DNA of 64,000 bases, taken from IMG/VR virus record IMGVR_UViG_3300033067_000833, positions 1 through 64,000 of that record, one strand, 5' to 3'. Origin of the DNA: a virus (Duplodnaviria; Caudoviricetes). How positions within the stretch are numbered: position 1 is the stretch's first letter; every line of letters starts with the position of its first letter. The notes under the pieces were generated by a model. The model was not told the origin of the DNA and ran no database searches. It worked only from the letters and a program-made list of their open reading frames with translations. This document shows positions 45,823 to 55,981 of this stretch, one piece after another. The translations under genes were made by a program, and so were the position numbers.

Positions 45823-46314
45823 CTACCTCCTATAGTCGAGCACAATCCTAACATGTGGCTGCTCCAACTCTGAAGCAATCCACTTCTCAGCTTTTCCGGC
45901 GAAAATCTGCCCGTCGTCAACCCAGAGAAGCCCGTTTAAGCAATCCTGCACCGACTTCATCAGGTTATCCCGATCGTTTCGTGCAACAGCGTGCGGTATT
46001 CGCATACCCTCTTTCCATTCATCCCACCAGCAAGACCCCTTCTTCAGCCAAGCCGGCTTCGTTCTCGGAAGCACGAAGATCATGTCCACCGTCAGCGGTC
46101 CAGTCAACGGCGGGCCGCTGTACGCTGCCGCTGCCGCCATGCGGACGCTGGCCTTGAATGCGTTCACCGGGTCACGGGCAGGAGTGTAGTTCGTGGCGAA
46201 CGCCTTGCCGCCTTTGCCTTGGATCACACGATGTCGCTGCCGTGGCTGGGCAACCGGTACCGCATTGACGATGAACTCGATCATCTTCGCTGGCTCCGTG
46301 CGTAAGCAGTCCAT
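45823..46314 (-). CDS. rusA: RusA-like Holliday junction resolvase
   Basis: PVAQPRQR, DRDNLMKSVQDCLNG..WVDDGQI. Confidence 0.85.
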   Translation of the reverse strand: MDCLRTEPAKMIEFIVNAVPVAQPRQRHRVIQGKGGKAFATNYTPARDPVNAFKASVRMAAAAAYSGPPLTGPLTVDMIFVLPRTKPAWLKKGSCWWDEWKEGMRIPHAVARNDRDNLMKSVQDCLNGLLWVDDGQIFAGKAEKWIASELEQPHVRIVLDYRR

Positions 46315-46945
46315 AATACCAAGGCAGAAAAAACATACCCAGCGACGAACGCAGCAATGATGCTCACGTGAGTCTCCTGCATTCCGCCAAGATCGCGTTG
46401 AGCGTGCCGTTTACGAACCCGATGTACTGGGCCTGAGCCATGCACGCGGCCGTCACGTTCGTCCCGCCAACGTCGAGCGTTTGCTCCGGGAGCGTTCGCT
46501 CGAACTCCGCCTTTGCCTCAAGGCACTGGGCGATGATCGCCTGCACGGCGTCTTTCTGTTCGCTTCTCACTGGGGCCTCCTCAAACCTTGCCTCCAACAT
46601 CACCAGATCCTCAGCGGCCATGCACGCCTCCGCGGCGTCCTGACCAAGTTCCTGTGGAGTCCGCGGAGGATAGCCGAACGGTGTGGCGTGGATCACGGTT
46701 CACTCGCTGTCGCTGCTGGTGTCCTGTTGCTGGCCCTTCTTTTTTCTCGGCGCCCGGCGTGGCTTCTTCTCGGTCTTCACGCCTGCGATCTGACGGGCCT
46801 CGCGCATTCTCCCAAGGTGAATCTCGGCTGCCAAGACGGCGGCATTGAAGTCTCCGCCGAACTTCGCTTTGACTTCCTTGAATGCTTCAATCATCTCGTC
46901 GATCACTGGCAACTGCACTTCCTGTTGTTCTTCGCTCATTCGTCA

Positions 46946-48046
46946 TCAACCCTTCTTCTTGAGTTCTGAAACGTAACCCTTGGCCCAGTCCAAATCCTCT
47001 TGCGAGCATGCCGGGTTGTCCGGATCCTCGATCTCGTCCAGGATCTTCTTCACGGCCGCCTCGCGCTGCAGCGGTGGCTCAAGCCACGCCTTGTCGATGG
47101 CCGCCTTGACGTGCTTGCGGATCGCCGCCGAACGCTCGCTGTCGTCGGCGGCTTGCTCCGGCTTCGTTTCTGCCTTCGACTTCTTGCTGCCCTTCAACTG
47201 CTCGGCCGTCCGCTCAGCCTTGCTCTTGCCGGCGTCCTCCGGGTCGGAAGGCTTCTGTTCGGCCAGATCGAAGTAGTCCTCCCGCTTGCCGATTCCGTCG
47301 TGCAGCGATTTATACACGCGCCGCAACGCCAGCAATTCATTTTCACTACAGGCGTCCAGCTTGTGTCCGAGACGACGCTCCAGCATCGCCGTATCCACTT
47401 GGAACGATTCCAAGAATGCAGCTGTCATCTTGCGCACACGAGCGTCGATCGGTTCCTTCGACCCTTCGCGAATCGTCTTGCGGGCCTGATCGACAGCCTC
47501 GTCAACAATATCCGCCGGAATAATATCCTCCAAGCACTTCCGCTCGCGGCGGGCCGCGTAGTTGGCGACGCACTCGTAGATGTCACGCTCGTCGGTCAGT
47601 AAGTACGCACCGCCCTTGCGCTCGGAGCGGTCACGGACATGCTTGACCTGAAACGTGACCTCCGCCCGAGCGTTCGTCTCCAAGTCCATCGCGTAGGCGA
47701 TCACCGTGCTCTGGCCCAGCTTGCGTTCGATCTCCACCCAGCCGCTCTGGATGTTGCCCCATGCCGCCTTGACAGCACGCAAGCAATCAACGGACGGACC
47801 AACGATCTTTTGACCGCGGGTGTACTCATACTCCGCTGCCTCTGCTAGTCTCGGACGTTGGAATGATCGTCGAATACGCTCGATCGCCAAGTTTTCGTCG
47901 CGCGGGAACCGCTTGGCGACGATCATCGCACCCTCGACCTCCTTGGCGATCCTGACCGCAACGGCGTCGGCGGACTTCGGGGCCACGGCGACCACCGTGG
48001 ATTGCTCGGTCGTGATCAGTTCGTTGCTGTCGTTGTCGTAGCTCAT
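46946..48046 (-). CDS. putative single-strand annealing protein
   Basis: AMIVAKRFPRDE...GPSV...AWGNIQ pattern; adjacent to YqaJ. Confidence 0.55.
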   Translation of the reverse strand: MSYDNDSNELITTEQSTVVAVAPKSADAVAVRIAKEVEGAMIVAKRFPRDENLAIERIRRSFQRPRLAEAAEYEYTRGQKIVGPSVDCLRAVKAAWGNIQSGWVEIERKLGQSTVIAYAMDLETNARAEVTFQVKHVRDRSERKGGAYLLTDERDIYECVANYAARRERKCLEDIIPADIVDEAVDQARKTIREGSKEPIDARVRKMTAAFLESFQVDTAMLERRLGHKLDACSENELLALRRVYKSLHDGIGKREDYFDLAEQKPSDPEDAGKSKAERTAEQLKGSKKSKAETKPEQAADDSERSAAIRKHVKAAIDKAWLEPPLQREAAVKKILDEIEDPDNPACSQEDLDWAKGYVSELKKKG

Positions 48047-48257
48047 TGAATCACCTTTCTTGTGTCTTGGCTGCCGCACTTTCGGCAAAGAACACAGGGA
48101 GTCCTGTTGTCAGCATGCCATGCGACGTTTCTGCAGTCGTGACAGATCCGCTCGTGAACTGTCGGCATGTCGGCAAGCATCTTTGACACTTGTGCTTCCA
48201 ACCTGTCGATCTTACCCGCGCGTCCTGCCAGCACAAAATCTGTCTGCCGTTCCGACA

Positions 48258-49241
48258 TCACTTCGGCACCTTCCTTTCGTACATGCGGACGTACTCGCTC
48301 GCCTTGACCATGTGTTCGGCGACTTGGATCTTCTTCCGGACCATCTCCTTGCCGTCGCCAAGATCGACCGCGGCGGCGTCTCCCATCAGCCACTCCATCT
48401 TGCCCTTGGCGGCTTCCTTGGCAGCCTGAGCCTCTTTCTCGGCCGCCAGCGCCTGCTGGTACGCTTCCCGGGCGGTCAGAAACTCGTCGTCGGCCTGCTT
48501 GCGAATGTCGGCCGCGATCCCAAACAGGGCCTTGTTGATTTCGCGTGCCCTCGGGTGAGTCCAGTTCGGCTCGGGAGGGTCGGAGTTAATGATCCGCAAT
48601 AGAAGCTCGGCAGACGCCTCGATGATCGCGTGGCACAGATCCTCGTTGCGCTCGATCGGGTACACCTTGATCCGCCGCTTCTCGACCTGGAACTGCACGA
48701 CCTCCTGGTGGTCGGCGCCCATGACCAGCATCTGCTGCTGGGCTTGAATGAGAACATCGACCGGAACCTCGTCAGTCCCTTCGTCGCCCCACTTGGACGC
48801 CATGCGGAAGCCGGTGGACTTGGCGTCGATAGGGAACTTGGCAAGCGTGTGCCACTCAGGCCGTGGAATTTGGCCTCCAGGATCGCCGAGGATGTCCATC
48901 ACCATCGCGTCTGGCGTCGCCGCCAGGAACCGATGGACCGGGTGGAACCACATCGGCTGCGGGTAATCAACGACGTGGCCCGTGGTCTCCGCGTACCGCC
49001 CGATGACGGCCGGCTCGATGGCACGCCCGAACCAGCGGTAGTCGTCGTCGGACTCGTCCTGCGGGTCCGTCTGCCACAGGTAGACGTGCGCTGGCGTGGC
49101 CCACTCGGAACAGCCGATGGTCGCCGCCGCATAGGACGCCGACAGAATCACCGGGACTTCGCGGCCAGGATCGTAGGATCGCAGGGCGTACCACTCGGGC
49201 GTCAGCGGCATCGGGCCGCGGATGGGAATGTGCTTGAGCAT
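48258..49241 (-). CDS. YqaJ-like viral exonuclease
   Basis: LSAS...G...EP, AATPDA, IDAKS, Q.QQQM. Confidence 0.85.
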   Translation of the reverse strand: MLKHIPIRGPMPLTPEWYALRSYDPGREVPVILSASYAAATIGCSEWATPAHVYLWQTDPQDESDDDYRWFGRAIEPAVIGRYAETTGHVVDYPQPMWFHPVHRFLAATPDAMVMDILGDPGGQIPRPEWHTLAKFPIDAKSTGFRMASKWGDEGTDEVPVDVLIQAQQQMLVMGADHQEVVQFQVEKRRIKVYPIERNEDLCHAIIEASAELLLRIINSDPPEPNWTHPRAREINKALFGIAADIRKQADDEFLTAREAYQQALAAEKEAQAAKEAAKGKMEWLMGDAAAVDLGDGKEMVRKKIQVAEHMVKASEYVRMYERKVPK

Positions 49242-49248
49242 GGTTTGC

Positions 49249-49507
49249 TCACTCCTTCAGAAGTTCTGTTGGTTCGACTCCAAACGCCTTGGCCAAATCA
49301 GCCACCGTTCGCAGCGTCGGGATTGCCTTCCCTCTTTCCAGCCGATTCATCCACGACTGGAACCGGCCAAGCCGCTCGGCCAAGTCGTACTGAGTCCACT
49401 CGCGCTCCTTGCGCAAGCGGATCACGTTGGCCACCACGATTTCTTCGAGCGGCCTCGACTTCTTCCTTTTTTTTCCAGAGTTGGCGCTCGCGGAAACACG
49501 TTTCACA
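49249..49507 (-). CDS. XRE-family HTH repressor
   Basis: NVIRLRKEREWTQYDLAERLG...LERG...PTL..LAKAFGV; GGGAGG RBS 7 nt before a GTG start. Confidence 0.85.
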
Positions 49508-49723
49508 GTAGGGCCTCCCGGATAAACGGCCGAACAGTTCCTGCAATCCATAGAACCTGGCGTCGGCCTTGTGCGCAAGTTCCACGCCGCACGCGGCGCA
49601 GTTGCAAATCTTGACGTTCTCGAAGTTCGGTTGTTGACGACGTGCGAAGTAAATTGCATCGCCAAGTTTACGTGGCTTTCGTGACATGCGAATCTCCGTG
49701 GTTGCCATCATCATATCTTGCAC
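49298..49723 (-). CDS. zinc-finger protein overlapping the XRE gene
   Basis: CAAC...GRPYCETC. Confidence 0.5.
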   Translation of the reverse strand: MQDMMMATTEIRMSRKPRKLGDAIYFARRQQPNFENVKICNCAACGVELAHKADARFYGLQELFGRLSGRPYCETCFRERQLWKKKEEVEAARRNRGGQRDPLAQGARVDSVRLGRAAWPVPVVDESAGKREGNPDAANGG

Positions 49724-49724
49724 G

Positions 49725-49865
49725 TTAAGAACGTCAACGGTAATTCACAGTGAAATTACAAAATAATCGCGACGCAATGTGTTGACAATGTGACAAACGC
49801 TTGATCGACGTGCGTTTGATTTCTTTCCGAATTGATGTTGACGCGCGCACACGCGAATATAAGAT
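49725..49865. promoter_or_regulatory. divergent switch region
   Basis: AT-rich; TTGACG-N16-TAAGAT (49838-49865); inverted repeat CAAACGC-N11-GCGTTTG. Confidence 0.6.
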
Positions 49866-49954
49866 GTGGGCACTGAAACCCGCCGGCCCAAACCCTGCCG
49901 CTGGCTGTCGAACGAGAACGCTGGATATGCTTATCCACAATCACCGAAAATGCG

Positions 49955-50047
49955 AAGGTCCGCCCCCTGGTATTCCGGAGTCCGCAAGGCCCGGACGGCT
50001 GCTCTCGTCAGCCGCAGTAGTACCAGCGGGCGGACCTTTTTGTTTTT
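49955..50047 (+). promoter_or_regulatory. three-way-junction leader RNA ending in a terminator, upstream of the replication operon
   Basis: AAGGTCCGCCC/GGGCGGACCTT, CTGGTA/TACCAG, GTCCG/CGGAC, CGGCTG/CAGCCG, then TTTTTGTTTTT. Confidence 0.6.
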
Positions 50048-50061
50048 GGTGAGGTCAAATT

Positions 50062-50991
50062 ATGGCGCGACACCGCAAGATTGAAGTCCGCATGTGGGGA
50101 GACGAGAAGTTTCGCAGGCTTTCCAAGCCGGCCCCAAATGCACAGTCTCTCTGGATTTACCTGATTTCCGGCCCGCACACAACCAGCATCCCAGGGCTGT
50201 ACGTTGCTGGTGAAGCCGGCCTTTCTGAAGCACTTGGATGGCCGTTGAAAGCCTTTCGGGAAGCCTTTCAGGAACTCTTGTCGGAAGGCTTACTTTTGGC
50301 CGACTTTGATGCTCGTGTGATCTGGATCCCGAACACCATCAAGATCAACCCCCCAGAGAACCCGAACGTTGTCAAAAGCTGGGGCGCTTACTGGGATGAA
50401 ATCCCTGAATGCGAATTGAAAGTCGTTGCGTGGGAACGACTTAAAGGCTTCCTTGAAGGCTTTGGCAAAGGGTTTCACGATTCTTTCATAAAGGCTTGCC
50501 GAAAGCCTTTGGCAAAGGGTTTGGCAAAGGGTTTGGCGAATCAGGAGCAGGAACAGGAGCAGGAACAGGAGCAGAAAGAAGATAGCTCGGAGCCCGCGAG
50601 TACGCGGCAGTCCGAGCCGGTGACTTCATGGGTGTTTCCTGTCAATGGAAACCCTGTTGTCCCGGAGTGGGCGCTCCCAGCCAAGCTGTACCACGTTCTC
50701 AAAGAGTCCTACCCAGGCGTTAATCTGGACGAAGAACTCCGTAAGGCACGGGCGTGGTGTGAGGCTAATCCAAAGTCACGCAAGACGGCCGGAGGCATGT
50801 CACGGTTTCTGAACTCATGGATGTCCAGAAACCAGAACAACGGACATTCAAATCCGCAACAAGTCAGAGCCATTTCACGAGTTACCCCAAGCACCGACGA
50901 AGTGAAGCGAGCCATCCAGGAGGAATTTGGTCATGTCAAGCACCCGCTGTTCCGAGACGACGAACCTACTGGAGCGTCGGCTTCCGTTTGA
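50062..50991 (+). CDS. phage replication initiator
   Basis: MARHRKIEVRMWGDEKF N-terminus, internal iterons, QEQEQEQ linker, upstream of DnaB. Confidence 0.85.
   Translation: MARHRKIEVRMWGDEKFRRLSKPAPNAQSLWIYLISGPHTTSIPGLYVAGEAGLSEALGWPLKAFREAFQELLSEGLLLADFDARVIWIPNTIKINPPENPNVVKSWGAYWDEIPECELKVVAWERLKGFLEGFGKGFHDSFIKACRKPLAKGLAKGLANQEQEQEQEQEQKEDSSEPASTRQSEPVTSWVFPVNGNPVVPEWALPAKLYHVLKESYPGVNLDEELRKARAWCEANPKSRKTAGGMSRFLNSWMSRNQNNGHSNPQQVRAISRVTPSTDEVKRAIQEEFGHVKHPLFRDDEPTGASASV
50461..50575. repeat. iterons / probable replication origin
   Basis: TTTGGCAAAGGG at 50461, 50508 and 50520 plus a partial copy at 50532; followed by a CAGGAGCAGGAA purine repeat. Confidence 0.75.
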
Positions 50992-52291
50992 TCTGGACGC
51001 CGAGGAGCACTTGATCGCTGGCTGCCTGATCGAACCGTCCAACATCGACCGGATCGTCCTGTCCCAGCAGCAGTTCTTCGACTCCGGGCTCGGTGAGGCG
51101 TGGAATCTGCTCCAAGACATGCGGTCGTGTTCGGACCCCATCGACGACATGGTGGCGATTGCGGCCCGGATGAAGACACGGGGAATCTGGGAAACGATCG
51201 GCGGGATGACTTGGCTCAAACGGATGTTCGAGCAAGGGTCGGTCCACAAGTGGCACTGCGAGTTCTACGCCAAGCAGATCGCCATGATGGCCAACTACCG
51301 GAAGCTCATTGCTATCGGTGGAGAAATCGTCAAAGCCGGATACGACGCGACGAAAGATCCGGTGGCGATTGCCTCCAAGGCCCAAGCCGCCTTGATCGCC
51401 AGGCTTGAGACCGCGGACGACGTGCATCGCATCGGCGACACGATCGACGACATGTTCGCCAAGCTCGACGACACGAAGCAGGATCGGCGCCGGGTGTTCA
51501 CCGGCTTCCAGAAGTTCGACTTGGACTACGGCCCGATGATGTCCGGCGAGATGGTCGTGGTGGCGGCCAAGACCAGCATCGGGAAGACCGCGCTCATGGT
51601 TCAGATGGGACTGTACCACGCCGACATGAACCGCCCGGTCCTGTTCTGCTCCCTGGAGATGCCCCTGGAACAACTCCGGGATCGGATCTTCTGCGGGATC
51701 GCTGGTGTTCCATCGAACGACTTCCGCAGTGGACGATTGACGGCAAGCCAACGACAAGACTTGGAGCGTGCTGCCAGCAACTTCCGCCACAAGCCGTTCT
51801 ACATCTGGAGCCCGCGTGGCGACAAGTCGCTCAACCGGATCTGTGCCAAGGCGCGCAGTGTCCAAGCCGACTTCAAGATCCAGTGCCTGTTCGTGGACTA
51901 CCTGCAGAAGGTCCAACCGCCGGACACGCGGGGGAGCCGTGAGGAGCAGGTGGCCGCGATCTCCCGCGGCATCAAGGACATCGCCCTGGACCTGGACGTG
52001 CCGGTCGTGGTCGGGTGTCAGCTGAACCGGAAGGCCGACGAGGACGGCGAGCCCGAACTGCACATGCTCCGTGAGTCGGGGGCGATCGAGCAAGACTCGG
52101 ACATGGTGATGTTCGTCCACCGCAAGACAAGGCTCGACCGCGAAGGCAAGCTGATTGTGGCGAAGCATCGCTGCGGGACCACAGGTGCGATCGGCTTGAA
52201 GTTTGATCCGCTGCACCAAGTGTTTTCACTTGATCCACCAGCAAGACCAGTGGAAGATCAAGACGACCAGCAGCGTCTACGTGGGTTCTAA
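50927..52291 (+). CDS. dnaB: replicative DNA helicase
   Basis: AAKTSIGKT, FCSLEM, VDYLQ, QLNR, LRESGAIEQDSD, KHRCG. Confidence 0.95.
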   Translation: MVMSSTRCSETTNLLERRLPFDLDAEEHLIAGCLIEPSNIDRIVLSQQQFFDSGLGEAWNLLQDMRSCSDPIDDMVAIAARMKTRGIWETIGGMTWLKRMFEQGSVHKWHCEFYAKQIAMMANYRKLIAIGGEIVKAGYDATKDPVAIASKAQAALIARLETADDVHRIGDTIDDMFAKLDDTKQDRRRVFTGFQKFDLDYGPMMSGEMVVVAAKTSIGKTALMVQMGLYHADMNRPVLFCSLEMPLEQLRDRIFCGIAGVPSNDFRSGRLTASQRQDLERAASNFRHKPFYIWSPRGDKSLNRICAKARSVQADFKIQCLFVDYLQKVQPPDTRGSREEQVAAISRGIKDIALDLDVPVVVGCQLNRKADEDGEPELHMLRESGAIEQDSDMVMFVHRKTRLDREGKLIVAKHRCGTTGAIGLKFDPLHQVFSLDPPARPVEDQDDQQRLRGF

Positions 52292-52294
52292 CGA

Positions 52295-55200
52295 CTACCG
52301 GAACGCGAACGAGTAGTTGGCCTGGTTCACAGTCCCGGACTTGGCTTCCTCGCGAAGCTGCTTCCGTTCCTTGTTGACGATCCCTTGCAGCGCCCGAAAC
52401 TTGAGGGCCTGCTCGTACTTGGCCGGGTCCGTCACGCGGAGTCGTTCGAGTTGCTGCTCGGGGATGTAGTTGATGATCATGTCCCTGAGCCCGAACTGCT
52501 CCTTGCCGAGGACTCCCAACCGCTCTTGCATCATCGCCAAGCGAGCCCGCGGGCTGATCGTTGTGACCCGTGCCCCAGACAGCAGGTTGACCGCCTTTTC
52601 CAGCGGGTTCTTCCGCGGGTCCAGCAGCGTCCGCGTTGACGTGGCGTATCGGGACAGCGGCGAGTTCGACACCAGCTGCTCCAAGGCGGCCGGCAGCTTG
52701 GCGGGCAAAGGACGCTCGGCCAGCGCTTGCTTGTCGCCGGCCAAGTAGCGTAGGTACTGCGTGGCATTGGCGACTGTTCTCCCAAGGACCGGATCCAAAT
52801 CGGTGATGTCTCGGCCGCCGGACGGCCCTTGCTGGAAGAACGAGCGGCCCGTGACCCACTCCGCCGGCCCTTTGAGGTACGGCGTCAACCGGCTGGCGGC
52901 TTCCAGGCCCATCGTGCGCGACGGGCTGCGGCCCCCGAAGAACGCGAACAGATCCTCGTAGGGCATGCCCGTCGCCGAGAAGTACCGCACGTCTCCTTGG
53001 GGTGTGGTCCCCAGCGGAACGCTCAAGCCCTCGGAGACGTACTCCGGCGTCATCGCGTCCCGGCCGCCCATGCGGCTGCTGGCTTTGATCATCTGGGCCA
53101 TGACGCCGCCGGGCTTGTCTTTGAGTGACCGCAACATCACCGGGGCCATGAGCCGGCTAAAGCTGTAGAACGGCATCAATCGCCGCATGTACGTTTTCTC
53201 AAACTGGGACAGTCCGTTGCGGTAGTCCAGCTGCAGGAACCGAACCTTCTCCGCGGCCTCGGACGGAGAGAATCCTTTCGACTTCAGGTACAGGTACATC
53301 GGGACGCGGTTGTTCCACTCGACCAGATTGTTCGCCTTGGCCGACGTGTTGACTCCAGTCTGCCACGCGGTCTGGATCTGCTTGACGCGGCGATCAAGGT
53401 TGGCGCCTTTCAAGGCGAGTGCGTCATCGGGAAGCCCGGCTGCAGCTTCACCGAGCGCGGACATGTTGGTCCATCCGGCCACGTCCTTGCGTGCGGTCGC
53501 CAAGCTGTCCTTGAAACCGAACGGGCTTTGGTTCAGCAGCCTCGGGTCTTTCGACATCGCCCCGGTGAACTCGACTCCCTCGGAACCGAACGCCGGGTCG
53601 ATCACGCCTTCCAGCAGCATCTCGCGGATCGTCTTCTCATCGTGCCGCAGATCCCACGCGGTCTTGGCGTGCTTGACGTAGGAGGCAATGTCGGCCGGGC
53701 CGGCGATCTCACCCGACGCCGCCAAGTTGACGAACTGGCCGGAGTACCAGTTGCGAATCCAGTTGGCCGGGTGAGCGGTCACTCCGACTTTGAACGCCCG
53801 GTTCATGGTGTCGATGGCGTCACCGATCAGCGACTGGAATTCCGTGTTGGTCGAGGCTTCCATCATTCCGGCGGTGGCGTTGGCGAGATTGGCTGGGACT
53901 GCGAACTCCGCTGCGCGTGCAAGGTCTGGCGTGAACTGCTTCGTCGCCGCGTCGAACGAACCAATGCCGTATTGACGGGCGAAGTATTCGAGGGCTTTGT
54001 CCTTGTCGAGACCGGCCGTCTCAAACGCATCGCCCAGCTTCATCAGTTCGTCGGAACGCCAGGAGCGCGTCTGCGCCCGCCGGCCCCAACGTCCGTTGCG
54101 GAACGTCCGCTTCCATGCGACCGGGTTCGGGACTCCGGCTCCAGAGAAGTCCTGCGCGAACTGCTTGAACGTCTCGTGGATCGCCTCCGCCGTCTTGTTC
54201 ACCTTGAATTGCCCAAGCATGCTGTCCAGCTGGTCTTGGAGCGTCTGGCGGGTGAACAACTCCTGCGGCTTCTTGTGCTCATGCAGCCACTTGGCCAGGG
54301 CCTTGGAATGTCGCTCCAGGGACTTCGCTTCGCTCTGGGCGATGGCCGCTGCCTTGGCTGCCTTTTCGGCCGGCGTGACCTCGGGCATCTTGGCGATATC
54401 GGCCAGTTCGTCGGCGGCGCCGTACTGATTGTCGAGCCACTGCCCGTAATTGGATCGCACGGCCGCCGCCGTCGCTACAAGGTCGGGGGACTGCTTGGCA
54501 GCCGCCCCAGCCGGCGGTGCGGTGAACTTGCGGATCTGTGGGTCAGAGACCATCGTGTTCACGACGCGCGTGTACAGGTCCGCGATCTCGGGCGACCGGC
54601 CGATCTGGCTTGGGCCAACAGTTCCCATCACACGACCGCCTCGCAAGGCTTCCAGCTTCAGCGACTGGATCGCTGGTTGATCCAGAAAGCGTGGTGCATA
54701 CGTTTCGATCCATCCGATCTTGCCGCCCATGTTCACAAGGTGATCGCGTGTCGCCGTGTTCAGGTCGGCAATCTTCTTCGCGAAGTTCAGCGTCTCGGCC
54801 TCCATCGGCAATCGCTGGCCGGTCGCACCAAGCGTCCCTGCTGCCAGGCCCATGCGTTGCTCGGCGGCCTCTCGAACCATCTGGATTCCTTCGGCGTACT
54901 CCGTCGGCCGCGGTTGCTGCTTGCCAAGGAATTCCTCGCTGAACCGGATTGCGTCGTCGGCCAGTGAGGCAATGTCCTCGTCGGCCAGCCCGGACGTACC
55001 AAATGCCTTCCGGTATCCATCAACGATCGTCTTGGCCTCGTCGGCGAGTTCAATGGCCTTGTAGCGGGCATCGCGTCGGGCGCCCGGCAGCAAGGCATGA
55101 CGGACACTGGCGATCTTCTGGCGGAACTCTGGAAAGAATCCGCCGGCCGAAGCGTCAAAGGCGGCCCGCATCGCTCGCACCGGCGCCGTCCGCCCAAGGG

Positions 55201-55966
55201 CAGCGCCAGCCGTGTCGAGCGCGCCTGCCAGCGGCAAACCGATCGACTCCGGCAGCATGTTGCGGGAGCCAAGAACTTCACCCCGCAAGGCATCGACGGT
55301 CGTTCCCATCTTGGCAGCGGCAGTCTCAGCGGCCTGGAGCTTGAGGGCAGCGTCATCAGCCTCGCGCACGAAACCACCGGCACGAAGCTGGCTGATCTCC
55401 GCTTGCGTTGGAGTGAGGTCTCCAAGCGTCCTGGTCATCCGTCCAACTCCACGCCCCATTCCTGGCTCCAGGAACGTGTCCAGCGTGCGCAGAAGCCCGG
55501 ATCGCTCTGCCACCTTGCCGGCCTGCGACAAGCGTGAGACGCCCGGCAGGCCCGTCCACGTCAGCGGGTCCGTGGCGATGGCCGCCGCCGTACCGCCCAG
55601 GAAGCTCCAGACCGGGTGCTGCTTGCGGAATTGCGGGGACAGCACGCCGAACCGTTGGAGCATGTCCTCGGGGCTTGTCCGGTTTTGGCCGCTGGTCCAG
55701 TTCCACGGCGCCCACTGGTCGAACGGGTTCTCGCCGGACAGGATGTCCCGGATGCTAGATCCAGGCAGGTCGAGCACGTTGCCGGCCTTGGCGAGCCCGG
55801 ACAGGCCCACGTCCACGGCGGAGCGGAGCAGGGACTGCTCGTCCTCGGGGGAGAGTTCTGGGGAGTCCGGCTGCTGGATTCCGTACTGTGGTTGACGCTG
55901 TGCGTACAGATCGTCAAAGCGGAACGCGATCGGTGCCGCGCGAAACGGCGAGTTGAAGGTTGCCAT
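52295..55966 (-). CDS. large internal virion / DNA-ejection-like protein
   Basis: 1223 aa, Ala-rich helical, at the end of the tail operon. Confidence 0.55.
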   Translation of the reverse strand: MATFNSPFRAAPIAFRFDDLYAQRQPQYGIQQPDSPELSPEDEQSLLRSAVDVGLSGLAKAGNVLDLPGSSIRDILSGENPFDQWAPWNWTSGQNRTSPEDMLQRFGVLSPQFRKQHPVWSFLGGTAAAIATDPLTWTGLPGVSRLSQAGKVAERSGLLRTLDTFLEPGMGRGVGRMTRTLGDLTPTQAEISQLRAGGFVREADDAALKLQAAETAAAKMGTTVDALRGEVLGSRNMLPESIGLPLAGALDTAGAALGRTAPVRAMRAAFDASAGGFFPEFRQKIASVRHALLPGARRDARYKAIELADEAKTIVDGYRKAFGTSGLADEDIASLADDAIRFSEEFLGKQQPRPTEYAEGIQMVREAAEQRMGLAAGTLGATGQRLPMEAETLNFAKKIADLNTATRDHLVNMGGKIGWIETYAPRFLDQPAIQSLKLEALRGGRVMGTVGPSQIGRSPEIADLYTRVVNTMVSDPQIRKFTAPPAGAAAKQSPDLVATAAAVRSNYGQWLDNQYGAADELADIAKMPEVTPAEKAAKAAAIAQSEAKSLERHSKALAKWLHEHKKPQELFTRQTLQDQLDSMLGQFKVNKTAEAIHETFKQFAQDFSGAGVPNPVAWKRTFRNGRWGRRAQTRSWRSDELMKLGDAFETAGLDKDKALEYFARQYGIGSFDAATKQFTPDLARAAEFAVPANLANATAGMMEASTNTEFQSLIGDAIDTMNRAFKVGVTAHPANWIRNWYSGQFVNLAASGEIAGPADIASYVKHAKTAWDLRHDEKTIREMLLEGVIDPAFGSEGVEFTGAMSKDPRLLNQSPFGFKDSLATARKDVAGWTNMSALGEAAAGLPDDALALKGANLDRRVKQIQTAWQTGVNTSAKANNLVEWNNRVPMYLYLKSKGFSPSEAAEKVRFLQLDYRNGLSQFEKTYMRRLMPFYSFSRLMAPVMLRSLKDKPGGVMAQMIKASSRMGGRDAMTPEYVSEGLSVPLGTTPQGDVRYFSATGMPYEDLFAFFGGRSPSRTMGLEAASRLTPYLKGPAEWVTGRSFFQQGPSGGRDITDLDPVLGRTVANATQYLRYLAGDKQALAERPLPAKLPAALEQLVSNSPLSRYATSTRTLLDPRKNPLEKAVNLLSGARVTTISPRARLAMMQERLGVLGKEQFGLRDMIINYIPEQQLERLRVTDPAKYEQALKFRALQGIVNKERKQLREEAKSGTVNQANYSFAFR

Positions 55967-55981
55967 GCGATGCTCCTGGTG

